From NCBI GenBank assembly GCA_000004985.1, contig GG738921.1: a stretch of 64,000 bases of DNA; one strand, given 5' to 3'. Each line of letters starts with the position of its first letter. Position 1 is the stretch's first letter. Below the pieces are notes generated by a model that was not told the origin of the DNA, searched no databases, and worked only from the letters and a program-made list of their open reading frames with translations. A program made the translations under genes and the position numbers. Of this stretch, positions 23,229-34,425 are shown one piece after another. The DNA is from Naegleria gruberi. Lineage: Eukaryota.

Positions 23229-24671
23229 TTATTGTTTTGCATAAACCAAAAGGAAACTCTGAGAAATTGACACTTCTTCAGCAATGACTTCCTTTACATC
23301 CAAATCCTGAATTTCATACCACTTTCCTTCAGCAACATTATGTACATGTATTTTGTAGACACTTCCATCATGACAAATATTGGCAACAAGATTGTAATGA
23401 CTTCCAGAGTAATCTGGAGCTATCTCACTAATGTCTAAATTATTGAGAGGAAAGTTAACAATTGTGTTATTCTTCTCTTCAAAGAAAAAGTTCTTGGAAA
23501 ATCTCTTTACATGGAAAACTAAATATGGTGGTAATTTTTCAATCTTGTACTTTCTCATTTCTACATTGCCATCATTGAGTGGAACAGCTGTTTCCTTCTC
23601 ACCATTGAATTTCGAAAGCAAACTGAAAAGCGAAACTTGGGGTAAGATATTTCTCTCATATTCATCTTTGAATATTGGCGCTGAAGGCACATCTAGTGTC
23701 AAAAACATGAATGGTGTTGTATTTTGTGAGGTTGTTTCTTCCACTTGTTTTTTGTCAGCTCCACCCGATTTCTTTCTTTTAATTACTTTCGAAGTGATTG
23801 TAATCCTACCTCTAAATGATTCTGATATTATACTCTTTTGTTTTGGTTGATTATCAGTCAGTTCTCCATGTAAATAGTTCAACAACCATGTGAAAAATTG
23901 GACTGGGTCTATACTTTCTCCTAGTTTAAATTGCTTTGCGTTTGATAAAATACTTTGTACAAATTCTAGAGGATTTACATGATTCTTAAAATTTTTAGGA
24001 TTCCAAATTTTTCTTAACAATTCAGAAAATAGTAATACAGATCTGGACTTGACTTTTGAAAGATTCTTCTGATCCAAAAGGAAAAAGTCTCTAACTGGCT
24101 TAATTCTAGTAAGTGCTTGAATTGCCACATTTATACCATCTGTAGATTGTTTGATTGAATTTAATCCAACAAAACCTGGCATGAATGTAGCACCATTACT
24201 TATTGATGTTACTGTTTTCAATTGAATATCCAATTCCTCGACATCCTTCTCAGAATATGTTGGATTCAAATTAAATTTAATATCCTCCAAACTCTTATCA
24301 TTCACTTCATAATTATCAGGCAAACAATATATTTTTCCATTAGAAATACTCATAAATAAGTGATGATCCTCGTTCAGTGAGTGAATATAAGCTGGTGTAG
24401 ACTCTCCTTTTCCTTTAAAGAATTTTCCATCAACCAAACAACAATAAACATTAGTATTGGACAATGTTTCGGAGCAAACTTTTTCAAAATCAAAATCCAA
24501 AACTTTTCTATTAATTGTATCCAGATATGGACACTCACTCTCATCTATATTCTGTACTGATTGATTACCATTGGTCTTTAACTTTTTATGATGATTATTC
24601 GTATCCTCCGATTCACTTGATTGAACACTCTCAGACAACTTTCTCTTTAAAGATTCTTCCATAGTCTTCAT
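23229..24671 (-). CDS. U4/U6.U5 tri-snRNP-associated protein 2 (USP39/Sad1-like): ZnF-UBP followed by an inactive USP domain.
   Basis: ZnF-UBP reads CPYLDTINRKVLDFDFEKVCS..NVYCCLVDGKFF...HHLFMSI. The USP-like core is GFVGLNSIKQSTDGINVAIQAL with no catalytic Cys. The true ATG is at 24671 (MKTMEESLKRK). Confidence 0.8.
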   Translation of the reverse strand: MKTMEESLKRKLSESVQSSESEDTNNHHKKLKTNGNQSVQNIDESECPYLDTINRKVLDFDFEKVCSETLSNTNVYCCLVDGKFFKGKGESTPAYIHSLNEDHHLFMSISNGKIYCLPDNYEVNDKSLEDIKFNLNPTYSEKDVEELDIQLKTVTSISNGATFMPGFVGLNSIKQSTDGINVAIQALTRIKPVRDFFLLDQKNLSKVKSRSVLLFSELLRKIWNPKNFKNHVNPLEFVQSILSNAKQFKLGESIDPVQFFTWLLNYLHGELTDNQPKQKSIISESFRGRITITSKVIKRKKSGGADKKQVEETTSQNTTPFMFLTLDVPSAPIFKDEYERNILPQVSLFSLLSKFNGEKETAVPLNDGNVEMRKYKIEKLPPYLVFHVKRFSKNFFFEEKNNTIVNFPLNNLDISEIAPDYSGSHYNLVANICHDGSVYKIHVHNVAEGKWYEIQDLDVKEVIAEEVSISQSFLLVYAKQ

Positions 24672-24858
24672 ACAATTATTAAATTTCAAAATTGATATAA
24701 TCTTCTAATAATATACTATTTAAAATAGTGTGCCGGCACCAAAACTACAATATCGAAATAACAACAACAAGGCTTCTTGTGATGAAGGCTTGATAACAAG
24801 GAATATTTGTAAGAGAATCTAAAAATTAAATTTTTTTTTAAATTTGAAATTGAAAAAA

Positions 24859-26841
24859 ATGAGCAAGCAATACATTGTCACGCCGCGCGACATTCAAAAC
24901 TTTGATGAAAACGAAGAATTTGTTTTTGATGAACCTGAAGTAACTTTTAATGACGATATTTCCAATGTTGTTGTTATTGATGGTTTACCAATCATTGACC
25001 AAGCCAAGGAAGAAGCTTTAAAGAGCAAGGTTGTTCAAATTATAGAAAAGAAAGCCGAAGCAAAGATTGTTAATTTTTATATTCCATATCAAGCAGGAAA
25101 GTCTAAAGGTATGGCTATTGTAGAACTTTCAACAGCAGAACAAGCTAAAAAGGTCCTTGATGGAATTGAAGGATTTAAATTTGCCAGTTTTACTCTTCAC
25201 TCAATTTCTGCAGCTGAAGTGGACAAGTATCAAAAATTCGACGAAACAACATACCAACAACAACACAAACAACAATCAAAACAATACAAGGAAAGAGATA
25301 ATTTGGTCAGCTGGTTGAAGGATCCTAACGCAAGAAGTCAATATGCTATTAGATATGATGAAACTGTTGATATTTGTTGGAATGATCCACTTCACGTTAA
25401 AGAAATTATTTACTCTAAAGAAAGATGGTCCGATGATAAGATTGACTTTTCACCACTTGGTTCATATATTGTTACTTATCACGAAAAAGGTGTTGCCTTG
25501 TGGGGTGGTCCAGAATTCAAAGACCAAGATACTCTTTCACATAGGAACGTTATTAGTGTTCAATTCTCACCAAACGAATCATTTGTTGTAACTGTTAGTG
25601 AAAGTCCAGCTAGAGCTGTCTTGTGGGATTTGAGAGCCCAAAGAAAGGCCATGTCTCTTCCATTGAAGGATAGAAGTGCTCTTAAAGGACATGTTTTCAA
25701 GTGGAGTGCTGATGAAAAATACTTTGCCAAGATGGGTGTAGATTGTATCCACATTTTCGATTCTTCTACTATGGAATTGCTCCACCAAAAGACATACTCT
25801 GTTCCAGGTGTCAGAGATTTTGCTTTCAATCCTGTTGGTAAATCTTTCATGATTTATTCCGCTATTAATGATACCAATGGAGAAGGTTTGGTTACTTTGG
25901 TTGATATTAACAGTAGATCAATCAAGGAATTGAAGTCTAAACCATACTATAACTCTACTGATATTAAGCTCAACTGGCAACTTAGTGGTGACTACATTGC
26001 TATTGCTACTAGTCGTGAATCAACAATTCAAATGGAAAAGGTCATTACAACTGCTTTCGATGTTATGAAAGTTAACCAAAAGAACTTCCCAATTGAAGGT
26101 ATTGCTGATTTTAATGATTGTGTCGATGAATTCGAATTTGAACCAATCGGAGATACTCTCGCCATTATTCACGGACCTGGTAATGTCAAGAAGTCTTTCA
26201 GTTTGTATTCATTCAAGAATGCTGTTCACAAGCTCATTAAGAAATGTGAAGGAAAGACAATTAATAGAATGTTGTGGAGTCCTCGTGGTCATGATTTGGT
26301 TCTCATGAATACAAAGCTTGTCAGTGTTACTCTCGAATTCTGGAATGCTGAAGAAGGTGAACTTGTTGGTACAGGAGAACACTTCTCTATGACTGATGCT
26401 TGTTGGGATCCATCTGGTAGATATTTCTCTACTTTTGTTAGTGCTGAACGTAGATCAAATGACAATGGTTTCATTATCTGGACATTCTTGGGTAAGGTTA
26501 TGCATAAGGCTAACGTTGAAAGACTCCTCGAATTCAAATGGAGACCAAGAATCAAATCACTCCTCACTGCTAACATGGAAAAGGAAGTCAAGAAGAGATT
26601 ACCAAACAAGAAGGTTGAAATTGAACAAAAACTTTTACAAGAAGCTAAGGCTTTGCGTGAAGCTAAGCTCAAGAAGAGAAAGAGTGCTTGGGATGAATTT
26701 GAACAAGTTTTGGCCAGACTGAAGTCTCAATACGAAAAGATGAAACCAGAATTGATTGCTCTTAAGGGTTATGATCCTGATGAATTTAATCAAGAAGAAG
26801 TTGATGAAGTTATTGAAACAATTGAAGAAATTGTCGAGTAA
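24859..26841 (+). CDS. eif3B: Eukaryotic translation initiation factor 3 subunit B (eIF3b/Prt1): RRM followed by WD beta-propeller.
   Basis: RRM reads VVVIDGLPII...KGMAIVELSTAEQAKKVLDGIEGFKF. The propeller region carries KWSADEKYFAK, MLWSPRGHDLVLMN and ACWDPSGRYFSTFVSAERRSNDNGFIIWTF. The lysine-rich acidic C-terminus is typical. Confidence 0.85.
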   Translation: MSKQYIVTPRDIQNFDENEEFVFDEPEVTFNDDISNVVVIDGLPIIDQAKEEALKSKVVQIIEKKAEAKIVNFYIPYQAGKSKGMAIVELSTAEQAKKVLDGIEGFKFASFTLHSISAAEVDKYQKFDETTYQQQHKQQSKQYKERDNLVSWLKDPNARSQYAIRYDETVDICWNDPLHVKEIIYSKERWSDDKIDFSPLGSYIVTYHEKGVALWGGPEFKDQDTLSHRNVISVQFSPNESFVVTVSESPARAVLWDLRAQRKAMSLPLKDRSALKGHVFKWSADEKYFAKMGVDCIHIFDSSTMELLHQKTYSVPGVRDFAFNPVGKSFMIYSAINDTNGEGLVTLVDINSRSIKELKSKPYYNSTDIKLNWQLSGDYIAIATSRESTIQMEKVITTAFDVMKVNQKNFPIEGIADFNDCVDEFEFEPIGDTLAIIHGPGNVKKSFSLYSFKNAVHKLIKKCEGKTINRMLWSPRGHDLVLMNTKLVSVTLEFWNAEEGELVGTGEHFSMTDACWDPSGRYFSTFVSAERRSNDNGFIIWTFLGKVMHKANVERLLEFKWRPRIKSLLTANMEKEVKKRLPNKKVEIEQKLLQEAKALREAKLKKRKSAWDEFEQVLARLKSQYEKMKPELIALKGYDPDEFNQEEVDEVIETIEEIVE

Positions 26842-26900
26842 ATCTAACCTATTTATTTATTGATTAAATCAAATATAGTTTTTTTGTACAGAGAAGGAAT

Positions 26901-29900
26901 TTATGTTTGTAAAAAGTTCAATAGTGATTCCAAAGATTCTGCAACTTGAATAAATTCTGGTCTTTGATTAGGTTCATTATTCCAACATTCTTTCATAATT
27001 TCGATATAATCCGAAAGAGATAGTTCTAATTTTGAAATTCCATATTTATCAATTTCCTTTTTTGAAATATTATTTTCGATCCATGCTTGATCTGTAGTAA
27101 TAATTCTTGGTCTATGTCCTTTGATGACTTCCATCAATATGGAAAATACTGTATTGGTGTCTGACAATTCATCCGAAAATGGGACCATTTCGTATAATAA
27201 TTCCCACAAAATAATTCCAAAAGAGTAAACATCAATTTTAGTAGTAGGACCTCTATGATGATTAGAAAGTAACTCCTATTAGAAATTATATTTAAATTAT
27301 TCAGAAATGTTATCAAAAACTTACAGGTGCCTTTTAAAATAGTTTAAATTAGAATTCGAATAAAACTTACAATATCTTTACATCAAAATTAAGAAACTGA
27401 TCTAATTTCGTATTACTTACATAATAGAGTTCCAACATTTGTGGTCATTGTTGCAGAATTCCCATTAACAATCTTACTTAATCCAAAATCTCCCACTTTT
27501 GCATTCATATTCTTGTCGAGTAGAATATTTGCACATTTCAAATCTCTGTGAATTATCTTGTTTGGCCTAATTGAATGTAAATAGACCATTCCTTTACATA
27601 CATCATTCAGAATATTTAATTTTGTAACGTAACTCAATTTCTTTTTTCCTATTTTTGATTCGTAAATTGCTCCATCTAAGGCACCATTCGAAAGATATTC
27701 CACCTTAATATTCAATTCATTAAGTACATCAATTGTATTCAAATACTTACAATCATATATTTTGATTCAGTGGATAGAGAAATTCCATAACAACTAACAA
27801 TTGAAGGATGTCGTAGGGAGCTCATCAATAAGGCCTCCCTTTCAAATTCTTCATCATCAGTGTCTGTCTTGAATTGCTTAATGGCAACATCTGTTTTGTT
27901 CCAAAGTCCTTTATAAACCACACCCGACGCTCCTTCACCAATCTTTTTCACGATAGTAATATCTGAAATTGGAATAATGTACCTTTCAGGAGTTTCATTA
28001 TTCAAACTATTCTCAAGTAAGGGCAAGTTTTCGATACCATTTCCAAATACAAAGTATTTGTTTTTGAATTGATCTTCAATTCTCTTCTCCGCCTTTTCTT
28101 GTTTTCTCAATTTGAACAACTTTTTCATTACATAAACGATTACAAAAATTGTAAAAGAAAAAATGATGGTGAGTGAGATAGTTCCCAAAACTGCTGATGG
28201 AATAATTATCTCAAATGGAATGGATTGACAGTAATAATACTTGCCTCCTCCCAACACCAATGAAAATCCTGCTGGACATTTCATTACTTCCACATTAACA
28301 AACGAGGTAATAACATCCAAGTCTGTAATTGAAAATCTCAACTCAAAATGGTCAGAATTGAAATCCTTATCAACGAGTAGGTATTGTAAATTGTTGAGCA
28401 TGATATATCCTTCTCCGACTTGATAATCCTGCTTTTGTAGAATGATATTCTTCACAGAAGAAACTACCAAAAGTGGGGAGTCACTAGAAAGCTTTGAAGT
28501 GCTTTGATTATATTGATCATAAATGAATAATTTGAAATCAAGTGGTTGGCCAGGATACACTTGAATGGATTTGCCTTCTGCAACTCTGAATTGACCATCC
28601 TGTCCTCTAAATTCAATTCTTTGGCTCACCAATTCTGAACCGATATCATTTCCATAATAGTAAGCTCTGTTTTCACCAATCATTCGATATTTCGTATTTG
28701 GATTTAAGGAACTCGATGTGGATGATTTGTAGATACAACCTCCAACTTGAAATGCAATATTATCCTGACAATAACTGTCAGTTGTGGCAATACCACTTAA
28801 TAGATTGAGGAGATAGATGGCTCCTCCCTTCTTTGCCTCATTTCCAATAAATGAACAGTTTGAGAGAGTTAGGGAATTACTGATCTCAATTCTAATGGCA
28901 CCTCCAAATTCTGCAACATTATTCGAAAAGAAACAATTGAAAACTATTAAGCTATTGCCATTGTAAAAAAGAGGTGAACCACCCATATTGTTTCTGAACT
29001 GACACGTCCTTACCATTGAAGCTGTTTGCTCAGATGTCATGATTGAAACAAAAGAGGAATCTTTCAGAACTCTATTGGAAATGAATTTTGATTCGTCTAT
29101 TACTATTGGAGCTACAATTGTATTAATATCCCAATAGATATCCTTAATAGATAGTATTGTTCCAGTATTGTTATTAAATGTACAATTAAATACTTGAACA
29201 GTTTTACCTTTTTGAATGGAAATCAAATTGGCAAATATATTGTTAGTTACATTCCAGTTTCGAATAGAGATTTCGGTAGAACCAATCAAGCTCAGATAGG
29301 ATTCGGATATATCACCAATAACTCGATCAATAATACTAATTCCATCCAAAACAACTTGAAAAACTATCATAATCTGAATAGTTGGAATGGAGCTAGCCTC
29401 TGTAATATTCAACACGTTTCCAGCATTGAAAGCACATAAAGAACTAGCTGTCCAATGACAATTGTTAATTTTCACAGTTCCAAAAAAATCAATATTTAGA
29501 ATTGCATTCAATAATTTAGAATTATCTATTTGAATAGACTCTGTCTTACTCAATCTTACTTTCGTTTCAGAAATGGTCGATTCAAATACTCGAAATGTCT
29601 CCACCATTGCATTTTTCAATCCAAAGTTGTTGAAATTTGACTGATTAATAAGTAAATTTTTCACATTTAATTCACTCATTACCAACAAATCACTATGGCA
29701 TTGATCAAAACTGAGAATTTCCAATTTCCTATCCAAACTCAATGCTCTACCAACTCCTCCATTCACAAAATGAAATCTCTCAATTACACTCTGCCTATTA
29801 ACGAGCCACTCACATCCAGGATATATAAAACCATTAGTATCCATTCCAATCCAACTCAATTCAAATCTATTGGTATATTCGGAAAAGTCAAACAATTGTC

Positions 29901-30279
29901 CACATTCATAACTTCCCTTCATCATTATTTTCATTTGAAATTTGAATAATTTTGATGAATTGCCAATAGGAAACATGGAATATAATTCATCGTTAGCAGC
30001 AGTGATGACTTGATGAAATACTTGACATGGTAGATTCACATCAGTGCATGTATTATTCTTCGGTTGTTGTGATTGGTTGGAGTCAATGTAATAGGTACGT
30101 TCAATACTCTGCTGTTGTGCTCCGACAAGAAGAACAACTAGGTGATGTATTAAAATTAATGACACGATGAAGATTTGTGCAATTGTTCGAGTAGACAAAT
30201 GGTGTGGCAGTAGTTGTGGTAGTTTCATTCTTTTTTGTTGGAAGATATTGTCCAAGGTTTTGTGTGTTACTGTTATCAT
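26901..30279 (-). CDS. Receptor-like protein kinase. It has a signal/TM N-terminus, a large ectodomain with parallel beta-helix-type GGAI/FxxN repeats, a single TM and a TKL-type kinase. Proposed structure is complement(join(26901..27275,27325..27330,27371..27375,27421..27703,27751..30279)), 1065 aa.
   Basis: Ectodomain repeats read FNCFFSNNVAEFGGAIRIE and SFIGNEAKKGGAIYLLN. TM reads IIIPSAVLGTISLTIIFSFTIFVIVYVM. Kinase motifs are IGEGASGVVYKG..VAIKQFK, HRDLKCANILLD, VGDFGLSK, GTLL-YI-AP-ELLSNH and DVYSFGIILWEL. The exon lengths sum to 3198 nt. Confidence 0.65.
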
Positions 30280-30617
30280 GGAGATGATTACAACTCTTGG
30301 GGAGGCATTTCAATAAAAATTGGAATGTTGTTGGATATTGTTCCAGAATTTCAAACACTGGTTAAAGCTCTCAGGTTGAATTCAACTGTTCGATTATTCT
30401 CGTATGGGACAAAAGCATTCATTACCAAATATATAAATTAATATCTTGATCCCAAATTCATGGCACAATCACTCTTGCATCAACGCTTTTACCTATGTCA
30501 TGACATTGTCTACTTTCAAATGATTGTAGTGTTGGTACTTTACTTCATTTCTTTGGAACGTATAGGAAGGTAAGAGAGGAAATTGTTTTTAATAATGTTG
30601 TTGCCTTAATTGAAAGA

Positions 30618-31262
30618 CTAACCTTGGTGTTCATTCTGTTCTCCATCTTGGGTTTCCTCTTCATCATTCCCTTCATCGATGAGAAAAGCAGACCGTTTGA
30701 GTGAGTGGAGTGCCTCACAGGTTTCAATCATATTATAGTAGGATTCGTCTTGTGTAATTTCTTCATCCCAATGAGGGAAAGTTCTACATTGTTGAGGTCG
30801 TACTGGATAAATTGAACAAGAATAAGTCACTTGTCCATCTTCTTGTGTTTGAGGTTTCAGAAATATGCATTGAACTCGTTTGTGAAAGGCTAAGGAAGGC
30901 TTATATTTGATAGAGATTGAGGTTTCATCTGATTGTTTAAGGGTTGACAAGGTATAGTTCTGAATAAATTCATTCGGAGATATTTTCAAATAATTTGATA
31001 TTTGTTTCACATTATTCTCATCTAGATAAATACGTATAGATCCAAAACCGGTACAACACTTTCCACATTGTGTACACCCTTTGAAATTTTCAGTAATTAA
31101 TTTCTTTCGTTCCTCCAATTTGTTTTTATTCCTATTGCATGATAAGTGGGTAGAGAAAAATTGTTTATTAAATTCCTTCCTCATTCCGACAGAACATGTT
31201 ATATTGTGTTTCAGCATTGCAGTCAAAATTGAAGCTTTCCTTGAGAGTTGTTGTGTTTGCAT
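30618..31262 (-). CDS. UPF0153/YkgJ-type CxxCxxCC putative zinc- or iron-chelating domain protein. It may have a 3' intron, as the stop context is QG*.
   Basis: It reads ...GCTQCGKCCTGFGSIRIYL...CIFL...YSCSIYPVRPQQCRTFP, matching the C-x2-C-G-x-CC ... C ... C-R-x-FP arrangement of that family. Confidence 0.5.
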   Translation of the reverse strand: MQTQQLSRKASILTAMLKHNITCSVGMRKEFNKQFFSTHLSCNRNKNKLEERKKLITENFKGCTQCGKCCTGFGSIRIYLDENNVKQISNYLKISPNEFIQNYTLSTLKQSDETSISIKYKPSLAFHKRVQCIFLKPQTQEDGQVTYSCSIYPVRPQQCRTFPHWDEEITQDESYYNMIETCEALHSLKRSAFLIDEGNDEEETQDGEQNEHQG

Positions 31263-31265
31263 TTT

Positions 31266-33654
31266 TTATTCTTCTGTTGGTTTTCGTTCAATTTTTGAAA
31301 GTAATTGATTGCAAATGTCTAACAGCTCCTTATTTTCCTTTTCTTTTGCTTTTAATCGATTTTCAACCTGCACTCTTTTCTCCTCTTCTTTCTTTAACTT
31401 TTCTTCAAGTGTAGATGATGGAGTTGTGGTTGAGGATGACGAGGAAATTAGAGTTTTCAATGCTTCTATTTCATTTGTCTTATCATAAATCTTTGCCTTT
31501 AGCTTTTGATTTTCTTCGTAAAATACGTGTAAAGATTGTTGAAGCTCGTCATTTCTAACTTTGAATTCTTCCTTTTCCTCCTTGATTTTTCGTGTTTCAG
31601 TTTCCTGAGAGATTATTTTGGATTGGAAATCATTTGATTCTTTAACCAGTTTTTCGTTTGTAAATTCTAGGAACTTGATTCTGTCTTCGAGGGCTTTGAT
31701 CTGAGTCTTTGGAATGGTGGAGAGCTTTTTGATTTTATCATTTAGGGAGACTATTTGTTCGTCCTTGTCTTCCTTCTCTTTCTTCATCAAATTCATCTCT
31801 TGTTCCAATGACGTTATCTTACTCTCGAGCTGATGTTTAGTTGTGGATAACTCTTTGAGTTTGGTATTAGCTCCATTAAGTTGGTCCTCTGCATGTTCCT
31901 TGAGCTTATTATATTTGGTCTCGTAAACTTTACAATCTTTCATGCTGGCATGAATCTTTTCTTTCAGTACTTGCTCGTTTTGTTTAAATTTTTCATTTAC
32001 AATTTTAGCCTCGTCGTATCTACCTTTTAATTCCTTAAAGGATGACTCTATTTTTGAGTAGTCTATCAGTAACTGGGTATATTGTACCTTGATACTCTCC
32101 TTTTCCTTGTCATCTCCATTCTTTAAACTCAAATTTTTAAACTCCTTTTCATAATTTTGAACAAATGCTTCCAGCTCTCGTCTCTTTCTAACTTCAATGT
32201 TTAACCTTTGTTCCATGTCATCGTACTCTGCTGTTAGAATAGCCATTTCCTTTAGTGTTTGTTCCACACTTTCTTGCTTAATTTTCTGCACTTGTTCTTC
32301 TGTATATATCACTATTTCTGGTGGTGGTGAGGTAGACATATCCTTCCTCTCAACAATTGTGGTCTTCTCCTCAACCTTAAAGTCTGTCAAAAAATATGGA
32401 TCCAAAGGAGAGAATTGAGGTGGTTGGTTACACTGTTTGTCTTTTGGTGTAGATTGCTCAATCTCCTCAAAGTTTCTGGTTTCAGTTTTTACAATTAACT
32501 TTGGTGTTGCAGGTCTATCATGGAGCTCAATCTTTGGAAGATCGAAAGAGGTGTTGACTTCTGGTTCTTGAATTTTGATCATTTCGGATAAACTTGAAGG
32601 TTGGTCAGAAATTGATGACGTAGAAGTAGTTGAGGAAATTGATGAATTTGATACATTTGTTTTAATATCCTCTCCTTTTTCCAATAGATATTCCAAATTT
32701 GTTATTGCTGTTTTGATATCTTCATTTTCTTCTCTTTTCAGTTTCTTTAAACATTTGATGATGGTGTCTCGGTTGAAAATATCTGCCCTTTGTTTTTGAA
32801 GATTGTAAACTGAAACTAAGGCTGAGCGTTTTGTTTCAATATTTCCTTGATAGGAAACGTCATCCAAATACTCCTCAAACAATCCATATGATACAATTCC
32901 GATAGATCCGTTGACATTTTGAATTTCCTCAAGACAACCTCTGCAAGATGATGATATCGAGTCAATTATTGAGAAGGTTCCTTTCAATAGAGGTTTTAAC
33001 AATATAGCGTTCAATACCTCAAAATCCTCATCCAACAACCTAACAATCGATACAATTACATCACACGAAGCCTTGACGATTGAAGACCTTAAATCCGAAA
33101 GCTGCAAAACTCATTATACAACACAACATTATCCTATAACTTACCATAATCGATAATGGTTCTTGAATAGATATGGCAATTTCAAGTGCTTTTTTCTTTG
33201 ATATTGTTCCTGAAGTGAGTACATCATCCAACTCTTGCAGACAATCTAACTTTGTTGACCAATGTGTTTCCAGTGATTGGAGACTCGTTATGCAACCCCT
33301 CTCAGTCTCTGTTATATTTTCTGGTTCAATATCTATCACTCTGCTCGAATTTATATTTTGATGATTATCAAAGGCTCCGAAGCTAGCTCCCTCAATTAAA
33401 GGACTCTCCTAAAACAATTCCTTAAATACACCAAAAACATAACTTCAACTTACCGATGATTCATCCAGTGGAGAATGATCAAAAAACGACTGTGCAGTTG
33501 CACTCTGATTTCTACTTATTACAAGTAGTCTCGATTTCAATTCCTCTGATGATGAGGGCGTAGTCATGCTGACTGAGGAGGACGTTATTTTTTTGATTAA
33601 ATAATTTCGCGCCCAATTTATTGTATGTTGTTCATATTCCTGGCCGCTGTTCAT
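31266..33654 (-). CDS. Large protein with an N-terminal HEAT/ARM-like region followed by about 450 aa of coiled coil. It is multi-exon: about 33445..33654, about 33130..33340 and 31266..33107.
   Basis: The long heptad-rich region reads ...EQVLKEKIHASMKDCKVYETKYNKLKEHAEDQLNGANTKLKELSTTKHQLESKITSLEQEMNLMKKEKEDKDEQIVSLNDKIKKL... The upstream ORFs are in compatible orientation with gtaagt donors. Confidence 0.45.
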
Positions 33655-34425
33655 TTACATCAATAAGATCCATCACACAACCTCAAAAGAAGAAGTGAGA
33701 AAGGACATTGGGTTGTGATGGAGTATATTGCTTAGTAAAAGGCTTGAATTTTGATTCAACTTTCAAAATAGTAAACCTTAATGAAAATATATTTTGTAAC
33801 AACAAACCACTTGCTCACAATGAGATTGATAATAAAATCATTTCCAATAAATTAGTATTATTGCAACAAATTGACCAATTAAAGCCCATAAAAAGAAAGG
33901 GCAACATTGATAGAGAAGAACTTGAAATGTTTATTTTAATCGACCATCTGCCTTCTTCAAGAAAGGTTTCCGATTACAGTGTGGTTGACCTCATTAAAAT
34001 TTTATAAACGAAACCTCTTTGGAATTTCCCTCTTCTTTTCCCGTATGTCAGTGCACACAGTTTGACCGTTTATCGTTCGTTGTATCTTTAAAATAAAAAT
34101 TGGCGAAAGCAATCATCACTTTATATTGACAAGGAACGAGTGATTCACTAGTTGACGACAATTTGGTCAGTTCATGAACAATACTCAACAACAAAATAGC
34201 ACAAACTTTTCATTTAGTTTTATAGTGAGAGCATATTGTCAATATATTCAATTCCTCCCTCTTCAACCTTCTCAATCATCATACGCTAAGCTATGAATCA
34301 CACTTTTTCAAATAATAATATTAATAATACAAGAAGAAAATTCATCAATCATCACAATAATAGTGTAGTATTACTTTAAATTAATACTAAGAGAAAAACA
34401 AAAAACAGACATACAGAGAGAGAGA

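Noticed and set aside
33708-34007. 99-aa plus-strand ORF between two genes
   Set aside because: It sits in a promoter region and has a weak coding look. No domain is recognisable and no splice context ties it to neighbours. It is left unannotated.
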